Assembly (NCBI GenBank): GCA_963664015.2
Contig: CAXXLF010000001.1
Span: forward strand, 256,001 to 320,000
DNA from: Candidatus Binatia bacterium
Lineage (GTDB): Bacteria > Desulfobacterota > Binatia > UBA9968 > CAXXLF01
Reading direction: 5' to 3'
Length of the DNA stretch: 64,000 nucleotides
Part shown: piece after piece, positions 38,546 to 48,864 of the stretch
How positions within the stretch are numbered: the first letter of the stretch is position 1
How the letters are laid out: each line of letters opens with the position of its first letter
Translations under genes and position numbers: made by a program
Notes under the pieces: model-generated
The model's database searches: none
Told to the model about the DNA's origin: nothing
What the model saw: the letters and a program-made list of their open reading frames with translations, nothing else

Positions 38546-40261
38546 TCACCGTTGACTGCCTGCGCTCTGACCCTGCTGCTGTGCCTTTTCGATTTTAGCC
38601 CAGGTATCCCTTAACGCCACGATTCGGTTAAAAACCGAGACCCCTTCGAGGGAATCGACCGAATCCACACAGAAGTATCCAAGACGCTCGAATTGGAAGC
38701 GCTCACCGGATTTAGCATCCGCGAGAAACGGTTCTGCGGGGCAGGCGGTCAGCGATTCCAGGGAATTAGGGTTCAACTGTTCTTTCCAGTCAGTTCCTTC
38801 GGGCACGTTCTCCGGATTGGGTATTGAAAAGAGGTGATCATAAAGACGTAGCTCCACCCTTGCGGCATGGGGAGCCGAGACCCAGTGGATAGTGCCTTTA
38901 ACTTTACGCCCGCTGCTTTTCGACCCGCTTTTTGTCTCGGGATCGAAGGTGCAGTGCACAGCTATCACCTCACCGGTCTTGGGATCCTTATCCACATCAA
39001 CGCATTTGACGATATAGGCATAACGCAAACGCACTTCCCGCCCGGGTGAAAGCCGGAAGAACTGCCTGGGAGGGTCCTCGCGAAAATCATCCTGTTCAAT
39101 GAAGAGTTCACGGGAGAAGGGAACCTTGCGCACCCCCATGGAAGGGTCCTCCGGGTTGTTCACGGCCTCCAGTTCTTCGACCTGTCCTTCCGGATAGTTG
39201 TCAAGGATCACCCGAAGAGGACGTGCGACACCCATCACCCGCGGCGCCGTTTGATTCAATTCTTCGCGAACGCAGTGTTCGAGAAAGGAAATATCGACCG
39301 TGCTGTTCTTTTTGGCCACGCCGATGCGCTCGCAAAAACTTCGTATGGACCCGGGCGTGTAGCCACGACGCCTCAGACCTGCGAGACTAGGCATCCGCGG
39401 ATCGTCCCAACCCATCACATGTTTTTCTTCCACAAGCTGCAACAGCTTGCGTTTGCTCATGATCGTGTAGTTCAGGTTGAGACGTGCGAACTCGATCTGC
39501 TGTGGATGATGAATCTTCAGTTGTTCCAGGAACCAGTTGTACAGAGGTCGGTGATCCTCGAACTCGAGGGTACAGATCGAGTGCGTAATTCCTTCAATGG
39601 AATCCGACTGCCCATGGGCAAAATCATAGGTCGGGTAGATGCACCACTGATCGCCGGTCCGGTGATGGGTGGCACGAAGAATCCGGTACATGACGGGATC
39701 GCGCATATTGAGGTTTGGAGAGGCCATGTCGATCTTTGCCCGCAAGGTACGTGAAGCGTCGGTAAATTCCCCCTCTCGCATGCGTTTAAAAAGATCCAGG
39801 TTCTCCTCTATGGAGCGCCCCCGGTAGGGACTCTCTTTCCCAGGTTCGGTCAGCGTACCTCGGTACTCACGGGTTTCGTCGGGGCTCAAGTCGCAGACAA
39901 AGGCCATGTGCCCCTGAATCAACTTCACAGCAAACTGAGCCAGCTGCTCAAAGTAGTCCGATGCGTAATACTCCCTGTCGCCCCAATCGAAACCAAGCCA
40001 ACGAACGTCCTCCTTGATCGATTCCACATACTCAACGCCCTCTTTGCTGGGATTGGTGTCATCGAGACGAAGGTTACAGCGGCCCTTGAATTCGGCAGCA
40101 AGACCAAAGTTGAGACAGATGGCCTTTGCATGTCCAATATGCAGGTAGCCGTTGGGCTCCGGCGGGAATCGGGTATGGACACGACCCTCGTTGCTCTTGT
40201 TATTCAAGTCGTCAAGAATAATATTACGAATGAAGTGGGACGGGGTTTCGGGCTTGCTCAT
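38546..40261 (-). CDS. glnS: Glutamine--tRNA ligase
   Basis: [53 protein letters not shown]. Confidence 0.97.
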   Translation of the reverse strand: MSKPETPSHFIRNIILDDLNNKSNEGRVHTRFPPEPNGYLHIGHAKAICLNFGLAAEFKGRCNLRLDDTNPSKEGVEYVESIKEDVRWLGFDWGDREYYASDYFEQLAQFAVKLIQGHMAFVCDLSPDETREYRGTLTEPGKESPYRGRSIEENLDLFKRMREGEFTDASRTLRAKIDMASPNLNMRDPVMYRILRATHHRTGDQWCIYPTYDFAHGQSDSIEGITHSICTLEFEDHRPLYNWFLEQLKIHHPQQIEFARLNLNYTIMSKRKLLQLVEEKHVMGWDDPRMPSLAGLRRRGYTPGSIRSFCERIGVAKKNSTVDISFLEHCVREELNQTAPRVMGVARPLRVILDNYPEGQVEELEAVNNPEDPSMGVRKVPFSRELFIEQDDFREDPPRQFFRLSPGREVRLRYAYIVKCVDVDKDPKTGEVIAVHCTFDPETKSGSKSSGRKVKGTIHWVSAPHAARVELRLYDHLFSIPNPENVPEGTDWKEQLNPNSLESLTACPAEPFLADAKSGERFQFERLGYFCVDSVDSLEGVSVFNRIVALRDTWAKIEKAQQQGQSAGSQR

Positions 40262-40412
40262 CTCTGGGTGGCCTTCCGACTACGGAATTTTTCGTATTTT
40301 AGCATAACTCGCGGCGATTTCTTAGCACCAGGGGGCACGCCCCCCAGGTGCTGGGCGAGGGCCCGAGTATCCGTCGTTGACTGTATCCCCAGGTTCCTGT
40401 TACTTTTTACTG

Positions 40413-41837
40413 ATGCCCCCAGTATGCACTCGATTCGCCCCCAGTCCCACGGGGTTCCTCCATATAGGGAACGCCAGGACTGCCCTGTTCGCCTATCTAT
40501 TCGCGCGCCAGCAGAACGGCCGTTTCCTTCTCCGCATCGATGACACCGACAGACAGCGATTCAGCCAGGAATTTCTCGACAACATCTTTACTTCACTGAA
40601 ATGGCTCCATCTGGAGTGGGACGGTGACCCGGCCTATCAGAGCGAGAAGCTTTCTATCTACCGGGACAAAATCGAAGGACTGCTCCAGGCTGGCAAGGCC
40701 TATCGATGCATCTGCACGCCTGAAGTGCTTGATGCCAAGCGCAAAGCAGCCATGACGGCAGGTAAGAAATTCATTTACGACTGGACCTGCCGAAACACCC
40801 CCCCGGATATCAAGGACGGAACGCCTTTTACGATCCGGTTCAAGGCACCCAGCGAAGGTGAAACCGCCATTGAGGATCTCATCAAAGGGCGGATCGTGTT
40901 TCAGAATCAAGAGCTCGACGACCTGATAATCCTGCGCTCAGACAGCATGCCCACCTATAATTTTTGCTCCGTAGTGGATGATGCCTCCATGGGGATCACC
41001 CATATCGTTCGCGGAGATGATCACCTCAGCAATACGCCCCGCCAGGTCCTCCTCTTTCAAGCGCTGGGCTCCTCGCTACCAGTCTTCGCCCACCTCCCGC
41101 TCATCTTCGGTTCCGACCGTACCCCTCTGAGCAAACGACACGGCGCTACGTCGGTTCGGAGCTACAGGGAGATGGGATATCTACCGGAAGCATTGGTCAA
41201 TTTTCTTGTACGCCTGGGTTGGTCTTCCGGAGACCGTGAGATATTTTCCATGCAGGAACTCATCTTCGAGTTCCGCCTCGAAGAGGTAGGGAAATCGCCT
41301 GGTGTCTTCAACGCCGAAAAACTTTTATGGCTCGACACCCACTACCTCAAGGAGCACTCGCCAGCTCAACTGGCGGAGGAGGTTCGACCCTTCATCGAGC
41401 AAAAGGGTTACCACTTGAATAACGACCCGCAATGGTTGGAGAAGATGGTTGTAACCCTGCAGCCACGTGCCAAGACTCTGGTGGAATTAGTTGAATCGGC
41501 TCACTTCTATTTGAGCGATGAGATCACCATCGACCCCAAGGCGAAAGCCAAGTTTCTCACACCCAAAGTTGAACCCATATTGAGTCAATTACAGCAACGC
41601 CTGGCGCATCTTGCCAATTGGAAACTGACGGATATCCAAGAGGCCTTTGAGACCGTTATGCGCGAACACCAGTTGGGTCTCGGCAAGATTGCCCAGCCTG
41701 TGCGGGTGGCGCTCACCGGGGGTACTGCAAGTCCTGGAATCTTTGAGGTTGTCGAGGTGCTGGGACGGGAACGGACTCTATCGCGGCTGGATCACGCTCT
41801 CACCCTCGCAGGTGAGGAACACCCCGGCAATTCTTGA
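40413..41837 (+). CDS. gltX: Glutamate--tRNA ligase
   Basis: TRFAPSPTGFLHIGNARTAL, RGDDHLSNTPRQ, LSKRHGA, PVRVALTG. Confidence 0.97.
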   Translation: MPPVCTRFAPSPTGFLHIGNARTALFAYLFARQQNGRFLLRIDDTDRQRFSQEFLDNIFTSLKWLHLEWDGDPAYQSEKLSIYRDKIEGLLQAGKAYRCICTPEVLDAKRKAAMTAGKKFIYDWTCRNTPPDIKDGTPFTIRFKAPSEGETAIEDLIKGRIVFQNQELDDLIILRSDSMPTYNFCSVVDDASMGITHIVRGDDHLSNTPRQVLLFQALGSSLPVFAHLPLIFGSDRTPLSKRHGATSVRSYREMGYLPEALVNFLVRLGWSSGDREIFSMQELIFEFRLEEVGKSPGVFNAEKLLWLDTHYLKEHSPAQLAEEVRPFIEQKGYHLNNDPQWLEKMVVTLQPRAKTLVELVESAHFYLSDEITIDPKAKAKFLTPKVEPILSQLQQRLAHLANWKLTDIQEAFETVMREHQLGLGKIAQPVRVALTGGTASPGIFEVVEVLGRERTLSRLDHALTLAGEEHPGNS

Positions 41838-41862
41838 CTTAGGGCCACCATTTCTTTAAGGT
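41834..41862 (+). promoter_or_regulatory. Sigma70 promoter for the tRNA-Gln/tRNA-Glu pair
   Basis: TTGACT-N17-TAAGGT ending 11 nt before tRNA-Gln; overlaps the gltX stop codon. Confidence 0.65.
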
Positions 41863-41873
41863 AAAAACTTCGA

Positions 41874-41949
41874 TGAGGAGTCGGCTAATTGGTAAGCCAC
41901 CTGACTCTGGATCAGGCGATTGTAGGTTCGAGTCCTACCTCCTCAGCCA
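41874..41949 (+). tRNA. tRNA-Gln(CTG)
   Basis: TGAGGAG..CCTGA-CTCTGGA-TCAGG..GTTCGAGTCC..CTCCTCAGCCA. Confidence 0.96.
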
Positions 41950-41950
41950 T

Positions 41951-42025
41951 GGTCCCATCGTCTAGCGGTTAGGACACCGGCCTCTCACGTCGGTAACACG
42001 GGTTCGATTCCCGTTGGGACCACCA
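41951..42025 (+). tRNA. tRNA-Glu(CTC)
   Basis: GGTCCCA..CCGGC-CTCTCAC-GTCGG..GTTCGATTCC..TGGGACCACCA. Confidence 0.96.
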
Positions 42026-42079
42026 TTCTGCCTTTTTCACCCTCAGCTATGAAAAGAATCTGAAGTCCGATTCAGCCAG

Positions 42080-43015
42080 TCAGAGGTTTAGCAAACGACA
42101 AGAGTTTTGTTCGGTCAGGGATTTGATCTTGACTGGATCGGGCTGCTCTTCGATCACCGGCATGGCTTTTTTCAGCGGGCCCAGCCCACCGCAATAATCC
42201 GACCCAAAAACGATTCGTTCCTGACCCAGGGTATCCATGAGGAATTGGAGAGTTCTCGCGTTCACACTGGCCGTATCGATCAAAAAATGCTCTAGCAAGA
42301 TCTCTGAATAAGGCTGCTCTCCCCGCGGGCCCTTATGCTTCCAGAAGAGTTTTTTCAACAAAAGAGGGATTCCTCCCCCACCGCTCCTGATCACGACACG
42401 CAAATTGGGATAGCGGTCAAAAACACCACTGGCAATCATGCGAACAACACACTCGGACACACTGGCGTCCGCCAGTGCGCTGGCGCTCACCCCAGCACCT
42501 TTGTCTTCCAAACTCTCGAGCGTTGGGTCTTTCCGGCCCCCTCCACCGTGAAGAAAAATTGGCAGGTTCAACTCGGCGATTTTGGCCAGTAGTGAGTCGG
42601 TTTCAGGACAATCCACCACCACGTCGCCGTCTACACTGGCGTACATCATGACCGCTCGAAACCCACGACGTGCCATCCGTTGAATCTCTTCCACGGATCC
42701 TTCGACATGCTTAAGGGTTACGGCCGTGGCTCCCATCAGCCGATTGGGATACGGAGCCAGGCGCTCGGCAATGAGATCATTGGACTGGCGTACCAACTCC
42801 ATTGCTTGGTCGGGCGGCAGGGAATCAGCGTTGATCCCAGCGCCCTGGCAGACGAGTTGGAGGTCCAATCCCGCCTCGTCCATCTCTGTTACTCTTTTTG
42901 AAAATTCAGGCGAGTCGTACGCATCGATACGAGGCGTACGACCCGTGAGGTGAAAAATTTTTTCTACGATTTCAACCGGGGTATGATGGGAATGCCAGTC
43001 AATCAGTAATGCCAC
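42080..43015 (-). CDS. Amidohydrolase family protein (ACMSD/LigJ/LigW-like)
   Basis: IDWHSHH, LPIFLHG, SGVFDRYPNL, IVFGSDY. Confidence 0.9.
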   Translation of the reverse strand: MALLIDWHSHHTPVEIVEKIFHLTGRTPRIDAYDSPEFSKRVTEMDEAGLDLQLVCQGAGINADSLPPDQAMELVRQSNDLIAERLAPYPNRLMGATAVTLKHVEGSVEEIQRMARRGFRAVMMYASVDGDVVVDCPETDSLLAKIAELNLPIFLHGGGGRKDPTLESLEDKGAGVSASALADASVSECVVRMIASGVFDRYPNLRVVIRSGGGGIPLLLKKLFWKHKGPRGEQPYSEILLEHFLIDTASVNARTLQFLMDTLGQERIVFGSDYCGGLGPLKKAMPVIEEQPDPVKIKSLTEQNSCRLLNL

Positions 43016-43167
43016 GATCCCCCCGAGGTCACCATAGTGCTGCCTGTTAGCCTCGGCAACAAAAAGGACTTCCCCTCCACCGAGTCCGACGCCTTATGTC
43101 ACCTGGGTGAATATTCCCCGACAACCCAAGGCGCGAAAATGGATTTTCCGACTGCTTGGATCTGGAC

Positions 43168-44268
43168 TTAACCGGCCTTAGCCACATCCCGCTGCGAACA
43201 CCAGTCAATCATAGTTCCCATCCCACAGTGCGCTCCTGCTTTCTCCAGTGCGGACTCAAAAATCTGGTGGATCTTCCGATTCTCATCCCCATACTCGATC
43301 TGTCCGCCGCCCTCCTTGACGCTTTTATCGATGCGCTTCTCATCTGAGACCGCCGCGAATCGGAAGCGCCAATTGTTCCACCGTAGGGCCAAGTAGCGGG
43401 CGGGTTCGTCGCCGGCGTTGAAGTGCTGATGGAACCATTTTGTCGGAGGGACGATAACGCTTCCCGGCTTCCAGTCCACTCGCCGAGGCTCTGCACCCTC
43501 CTCGGACCAGAGCAGAGAGTAACCCTTTCCGCTTAGGATGGTCACGTGGGCACCGGGCCCATGACGGTGGGCCTTCTTGTAAGTCCCCACCGGAAACTCA
43601 GAGATATGGGCCCCCATGACGTTACCGGCAAGATCGAAGTTGATGTTGGATCCACCGGCCCCCCGCTCTTTCCAATCATGGAGCGTAATATCCTTGGTGT
43701 TGGGGATGAAGTTCACAGATAGCTTGCGCTCCCCCCAGGCCTGCCCCTTGCCGCTGAAGTAGTCCTCTTCTTCCGAAGCAAAGCGGTCGGTAAAGGTAAA
43801 GTCATTGTCAAAGACAAAGTCCATATTGTGGAACAGATTGATAATAAAAGGGGCGTTGGTCACGGCAAAGTACCGCACCGGGGAGCTTCCCTGGCCGTTG
43901 AAGTGCTGATACCAGGCGTTCAACGGGATCGCGAATAAACTCCCAGGATGCCATTCGAATGTGTGCTTCTTACCGTCCTTTTGCCAAACGGAAGTAGCCC
44001 CATGGCCATCGACGATGTACACCATCTCCTCATAGAGGTGCCGAAGCTGCTTAGACTTCCCCCCCGGCGGTATCTCGCAGACATAGGCGTCGTTACTCCC
44101 GCCGGTCCCTTCCAGATTGATAAAGGCCCCAAGGGTGCCGGTGAGGTCCCAGGGAGCTACCTCAACATCCTTGAGATCTTCAATATAAAATTGTTTGTTG
44201 ACGGGAATTTTCTGGGATTTTTGCCAGTCATCGTAGGAATCGACTCTCTCATCATCCATATATTTCAT
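43168..44268 (-). CDS. Bicupin protein
   Basis: LRHLYEE..LNAWYQHFN and KAHRHGPG..WFHQHFN cupin motifs. Confidence 0.88.
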   Translation of the reverse strand: MKYMDDERVDSYDDWQKSQKIPVNKQFYIEDLKDVEVAPWDLTGTLGAFINLEGTGGSNDAYVCEIPPGGKSKQLRHLYEEMVYIVDGHGATSVWQKDGKKHTFEWHPGSLFAIPLNAWYQHFNGQGSSPVRYFAVTNAPFIINLFHNMDFVFDNDFTFTDRFASEEEDYFSGKGQAWGERKLSVNFIPNTKDITLHDWKERGAGGSNINFDLAGNVMGAHISEFPVGTYKKAHRHGPGAHVTILSGKGYSLLWSEEGAEPRRVDWKPGSVIVPPTKWFHQHFNAGDEPARYLALRWNNWRFRFAAVSDEKRIDKSVKEGGGQIEYGDENRKIHQIFESALEKAGAHCGMGTMIDWCSQRDVAKAG

Positions 44269-44411
44269 ATATCGCCCCCTCCTTGGGTTTTATCACCAGA
44301 TCACCCCCACACCGGCTGGCTATAGGCCAATCAGCGCAGGTCCACAGTAGACTTTTATTCTTTTATCAGGTCTCTTACGATTTGGAAAGTGCTGCCTAGT
44401 CCCTGGCTATC

Positions 44412-45579
44412 TTAATCCCGAATATCCTGTAAAAGCCACTCTGTCGGTACTTCTCTGCCCAATCTGGCCTGCTTCGCCAGGTCATAGACGAGCGACCCAA
44501 CGGTTACAAACTGCATGCACTGTTTCATCCCACCCCCTAACCGGCCACCACCAGAGGCGCTGATCTCGTTATCGCTCATCCTCCCCCCCCCCCTGACCTC
44601 CAATCAGGTCGACCAGCGGCACCCTCCTCGCCCGAAGGGCATCTTGAACTTCCGGTTTGGCCTGCACCTCACCTGCCAGTATCCGATCTCCATGGCCGAA
44701 CTCCCCCCGCCTTGATCCTCTGGAGGTCTTCAGCGCCTGCCGGATTCCCGCCAGATTAGGTGGTAAAGCCTGCCGAATCATCGAGCCCCGAACCCCGGAT
44801 CAACTGGCTCTTCGGATCACCTCCGATGCAAACGTCTACTTTCGGGTAGACATCATCCGCATACTCACCGGCGACTTGTGTCAGGGGCATCCCCGGTTCC
44901 AACGTCCCGGCAAACACCGTCGAGTCAATGGAGTTTGTGCAGGTGGAAAGGATATCCACCCTCTTGACGGCCTCATCCGGACTGTCACAGGGAGTCACCT
45001 CAATGGACAGTTGTTCCGCCATCTCTTCCGCATAGAGTTCTCTACTTACTTTCGTCGGACTGTAGACCTTCGGTTTCTTGATTTTCCTCACCCCGGCAAA
45101 GGCCATCAGATGACTTCGGGCCATTCCTTCAGCTCCCAACATCCCCACGATGGATGCGTCCTCCTTGGCAAGATATTTTGTCCCCAGTCCTACCAGTGCT
45201 CCCACCCTGATGTGTTGCGAGTATCCATCGTTGGTAATCGCCAAAGGTTCGCCGTTGCTCGTATCAAGAAGAAAGATCAGGGCGCAATAAAGCCCCGGAC
45301 GAACGCAGTACTTTTCCTCGATGATCTTCCCATCTCTTCGAGGCCAACTCATAATATCCGATTTCATCCGGATCGCGTGACGCTGGAGCCCCTTGCTCGA
45401 GCTTTCCATGGTACCCCACCGGTGAAAGCTCCCGACCGACGCCGTCTCTGTGTAGATATCCAATCGAGGCCTCACGACGAGTTCTGCCTTGCGAGTTCTC
45501 TGTGTCCCTCTTCAAGGACCCGCAAGGTATCCTTCATCGTCAGAACCCTCGCAACATCTTAATTATTTATGAACAGCAC
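44412..45579 (-). pseudogene. Ornithine cyclodeaminase/mu-crystallin family, multiply disrupted
   Basis: MLFINN*DVARVL, frameshift near 45490, IRVGA..LGTKYLAKEDAS, further breaks near 44756 and at the C11 run 44583-44593, ending QFVTVG..VYDLAKQARLGREVP. Confidence 0.85.
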
Positions 45580-45584
45580 TTTCC

Positions 45585-46568
45585 CTAATTCCAATAAGCG
45601 AATGCAATGCCGTGGCCAGTCCCCGCGGGAGAACGATAACAAGGTATATAGTCGATCAGCGTCATTGACGACTCTTCCATGGCCCCCGCGAGTGTCACCC
45701 AATTTAGAATTTCCGGCGTCCCCGGGGCCCCATTCAATCGTTCTCTTGATAGAGAACAGAGCAGCCGGGCGTCCTTTTCCTTTAAGCCCCGAATGACCTC
45801 GTGGTCCAGCTCTTGATCTATAATCTGGTGGCTGAGCCCGCCGGAAGCCATAATCGCGACCCTTTTGTCCGAATCCCAGGACTCGATACCCCGTTTCAGG
45901 GCCTGGCCGAGGGCGTAGCACCGACCGGGCATAGCCTGGCTCGGCAAATAACGGCTGAGGATAAACGGCACCATCGGAACGCTGCCGTCGGTTTGATAGA
46001 ACTCATAGAAGGTCCTGAACGCCTCGTCCAACTCGTGCTCTTGGCGAAACCGATTGAATGACGCGATGTCAAACCCGTCCCCAATTAGGCTGTCGATCAA
46101 GTGACTGGCCAGCTCAGGTTGAGCGGGATAGGTCCCTCGGCCCTCATGGGGTCTGGACCGAATGACCGGCGCGGGTCCCGAGAGATGGCCCGTACTTGGA
46201 TCCGACGCCCTGCGGGTGCTGGCCGCACTACGTTCCGGGGTCTCCTCGCCCCAATAGACAGCGAACACTGCATGGGTATCGTCGGGGAGGACCCCGTGGG
46301 GATTACTGACTACGATAACCACATCGGGTTTGGCTTGAGCTATGACATCGGTCAGTTTCTCCTTGCCTGACTGGCACCTGTCGTAGCGTTCCTGTTTTTT
46401 CTGCAGTGTGATTTCCTGAGCGATGGCGGGGTCCGCCTTCTTAAGCAGCTCTTGATAATTGTATCGCGGGTCCTTTTTGTCGCGTTCAGCGATACGGTCC
46501 CAATCTCCGGGTAAGGTTCGGATTGTTGGCCCATGGGAACTACCGAATCCCAAGACTAATTTTGCCAT
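45585..46568 (-). CDS. Extradiol ring-cleavage dioxygenase, LigB/class III family
   Basis: SSHGP, SNPH, ASGGLSH, GTPEILNW. Confidence 0.85.
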   Translation of the reverse strand: MAKLVLGFGSSHGPTIRTLPGDWDRIAERDKKDPRYNYQELLKKADPAIAQEITLQKKQERYDRCQSGKEKLTDVIAQAKPDVVIVVSNPHGVLPDDTHAVFAVYWGEETPERSAASTRRASDPSTGHLSGPAPVIRSRPHEGRGTYPAQPELASHLIDSLIGDGFDIASFNRFRQEHELDEAFRTFYEFYQTDGSVPMVPFILSRYLPSQAMPGRCYALGQALKRGIESWDSDKRVAIMASGGLSHQIIDQELDHEVIRGLKEKDARLLCSLSRERLNGAPGTPEILNWVTLAGAMEESSMTLIDYIPCYRSPAGTGHGIAFAYWN

Positions 46569-46666
46569 TGAATAACCCTCCTTTTCATACCTTCAAGGAA
46601 GCCCCATCCATCCTTGAAGCTGATCATGGACGTCGTTAACCGGGCAAAGGGGGAGTGAACGTTATT

Positions 46667-47641
46667 TCACTGGTACTGCCCAGGTAAACCTGCGGCAAAA
46701 AGCTCTTCAAGTTTCATTGGGCGACCAATCAACCCTTGTTCGTAGGCCGCCTGAATAAACGCCTCCAACGGCTTTCGGTTCAATCCAATGCCGTAGGGCC
46801 ACTGGTCCTCACCCATCAGTTCACCCATCTCCTCGATCCAGATTCCGGAGTTTTGCCTCTCCACTACCGATGACTGTGCTTTTGCATAGACCTGTTTCTT
46901 GGCTTCCTGATAAGCATCGCAGAGGTTACCCGGAAGCCCGGGATTTTCTGCAACGAGTTTCTCCTTGATCACCGTTACATGCATAATGGGAAAGATCCCC
47001 GTCTTTTTGAAATAATCCTTCTGAGCAGCGATATTATCAGGGTAAGCGGGCATCGCCACGTCCTTCAACTGTTCAGCCTGTGCCCCCGGTTGAGGATTAC
47101 CGGGGCTGATACAGGCATCGATCTCTCCCGCTGCCAGCAAGTCGAGTGGCGTGCGATCGCTGGTATCCTGCCTGATCTTTACCTTGGAAGGGAACGTCAA
47201 GCCTTCCATGCGCTCACTTCTGGTGGTTACCCAGGTAACATCTTCCGGCCGAATCCCGTGCATCTGGTTGAGGACGATCCGCTGCCAGACCGATGATGAC
47301 ATCCAATACTGGGAGACCCCCATCCGTTTTCCCTTCAGATCCGAGAGAGCACGCATCCGGGCTTTCTTCGCCATGAGAAATCCCCCCTGGAGGAAACGGC
47401 GCCCGGAGGTAAATAGCGGCAGGGCTACAAGGGGCACCCCCTGCTCCCGTCCCTTGACGAAGGTGGCGATGGACATCTCGGCAACGTCAAACTCGAGGTT
47501 AAGCATCCGCCGGGAGAGTTTGTCCATGCTATGGGCCTCTTCCGGTCTCAATTTAATCCCTTTGGGATCGATTGTACCTTCCAGCAGAGGGCGAGTCAGT
47601 GCCGACGAAGTGGCCGAATATAAGAGTTCCAGATCTGCCAT
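46667..47641 (-). CDS. 4,5-dihydroxyphthalate decarboxylase-like (binding-protein fold) protein
   Basis: FDVAEMS, DLKGKRMGV, TGIFPIMH, WPYGIGLNRKPLE..EQGLI. Confidence 0.8.
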   Translation of the reverse strand: MADLELLYSATSSALTRPLLEGTIDPKGIKLRPEEAHSMDKLSRRMLNLEFDVAEMSIATFVKGREQGVPLVALPLFTSGRRFLQGGFLMAKKARMRALSDLKGKRMGVSQYWMSSSVWQRIVLNQMHGIRPEDVTWVTTRSERMEGLTFPSKVKIRQDTSDRTPLDLLAAGEIDACISPGNPQPGAQAEQLKDVAMPAYPDNIAAQKDYFKKTGIFPIMHVTVIKEKLVAENPGLPGNLCDAYQEAKKQVYAKAQSSVVERQNSGIWIEEMGELMGEDQWPYGIGLNRKPLEAFIQAAYEQGLIGRPMKLEELFAAGLPGQYQ

Positions 47642-47700
47642 GATAATCCCTTGTTCAACTCTAGGATGAATCCCGCGCCCACTCCCCAGGCCCGTGGGCT

Positions 47701-48843
47701 TTATGCCTGTTGACCGTCAGCGGGAAAAAGGGCAACGCACTTGCACGAGTTGAAGATGTAGGTTTCCGAGTAAGCTAGGATCTGAGCCTTACGCCCCTCC
47801 ATAGCCCCAGCCAAACAGATCCAGTTGCGCATTTCGTGCTGGCCGGAGGCGCGGAGTTTTTCCGGATCCAACTCTCTCCACATGTGATGTTGTCCCGCCT
47901 TGAGCTGCTCATAATGCCGGCGGTCGGAATCGACGTCCCCCCACAGGAATCCGTGCATGTTGGTAAGGGAAGCATGGGACCAACTCGACGAACCGATGAT
48001 GACCGCCCGATACGGGCTCTCCTTGATAATTTGCGCTACGGTTTTTCCCAGATCATAGCAACGCCAGGGCGGCGGAGAACCGGGGGGCAGGCTCTCCCCA
48101 CTCTCAAGGCGCCGCGCCATTTCCTCAGGATCCGGTAGACGGCCGCGCCATTCACCTGATCCTAGGGAGGGCATGCGCATGTCTTCCCCGTAGCAGTTCA
48201 CATGAAAAGGGATAATGGGATGGGCAAACCCCTTGCGGTCCCAGTCCAGATAATCAAGGGTACCGCTGAAAGCGTGACCAATGGTAGTGGCATTGTTTAA
48301 TTTCGATGACCAGCCGACGTCGAAGCCACGATGGATCAATTCGGTAGCGATCATGGTCCCGATCTTCTTTGCCCCCTTAAACTGGGGTTGCATCCGCGGA
48401 CGCTCCATCGGCAGGCCAACGTTGGTGAGCCCAGTATCCAATATTCCTTTGGGTCCATGTTCGACCCGTATGCCCCCGCTCCGCTTACTCATCTCAAACT
48501 TATCGTGGGAAAAAATACTAAAGGGAGGAAAGATGTTTTCTTTGAAATTCTCGTACTGGTCGTCGCCGAAGATCAAGACAAAATCGGGCTTGAAATTGTC
48601 AATGGCTTCGCGGGCAGCCTTGTAACCGGCGAGAACTTCCTTGCGGTGCTTGGCCGCCGACTTGACCCCCTCGTCATCCCCCCACTCTTCCCTCATCTCC
48701 TCAGGCCAATTCTCGGGATCTTTCCAGTGTGCCGGGGTCTTCTTATTGCGAAGGTTGAGGCGAAAATAGTTATTCGCCATAGTTTCGTCGGTAAACTGAA
48801 GATGGGGGCCATGGGGACACCCAATGCCTAATATTTCGCCCAT
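47701..48843 (-). CDS. LigB/class III extradiol dioxygenase-like protein
   Basis: CPHGP, FGDDQYENF, GHAF, SSSWSHA, SGQHEMRNW. Confidence 0.82.
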   Translation of the reverse strand: MGEILGIGCPHGPHLQFTDETMANNYFRLNLRNKKTPAHWKDPENWPEEMREEWGDDEGVKSAAKHRKEVLAGYKAAREAIDNFKPDFVLIFGDDQYENFKENIFPPFSIFSHDKFEMSKRSGGIRVEHGPKGILDTGLTNVGLPMERPRMQPQFKGAKKIGTMIATELIHRGFDVGWSSKLNNATTIGHAFSGTLDYLDWDRKGFAHPIIPFHVNCYGEDMRMPSLGSGEWRGRLPDPEEMARRLESGESLPPGSPPPWRCYDLGKTVAQIIKESPYRAVIIGSSSWSHASLTNMHGFLWGDVDSDRRHYEQLKAGQHHMWRELDPEKLRASGQHEMRNWICLAGAMEGRKAQILAYSETYIFNSCKCVALFPADGQQA

Positions 48844-48864
48844 GGCCGTTCCCTCCTCAATTCA

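Noticed and set aside
44583-44593. C11 tract as a phase-variation switch in the cyclodeaminase gene
   Set aside because: The gene has an early nonsense codon and other frameshifts, so tract slippage alone could not restore it
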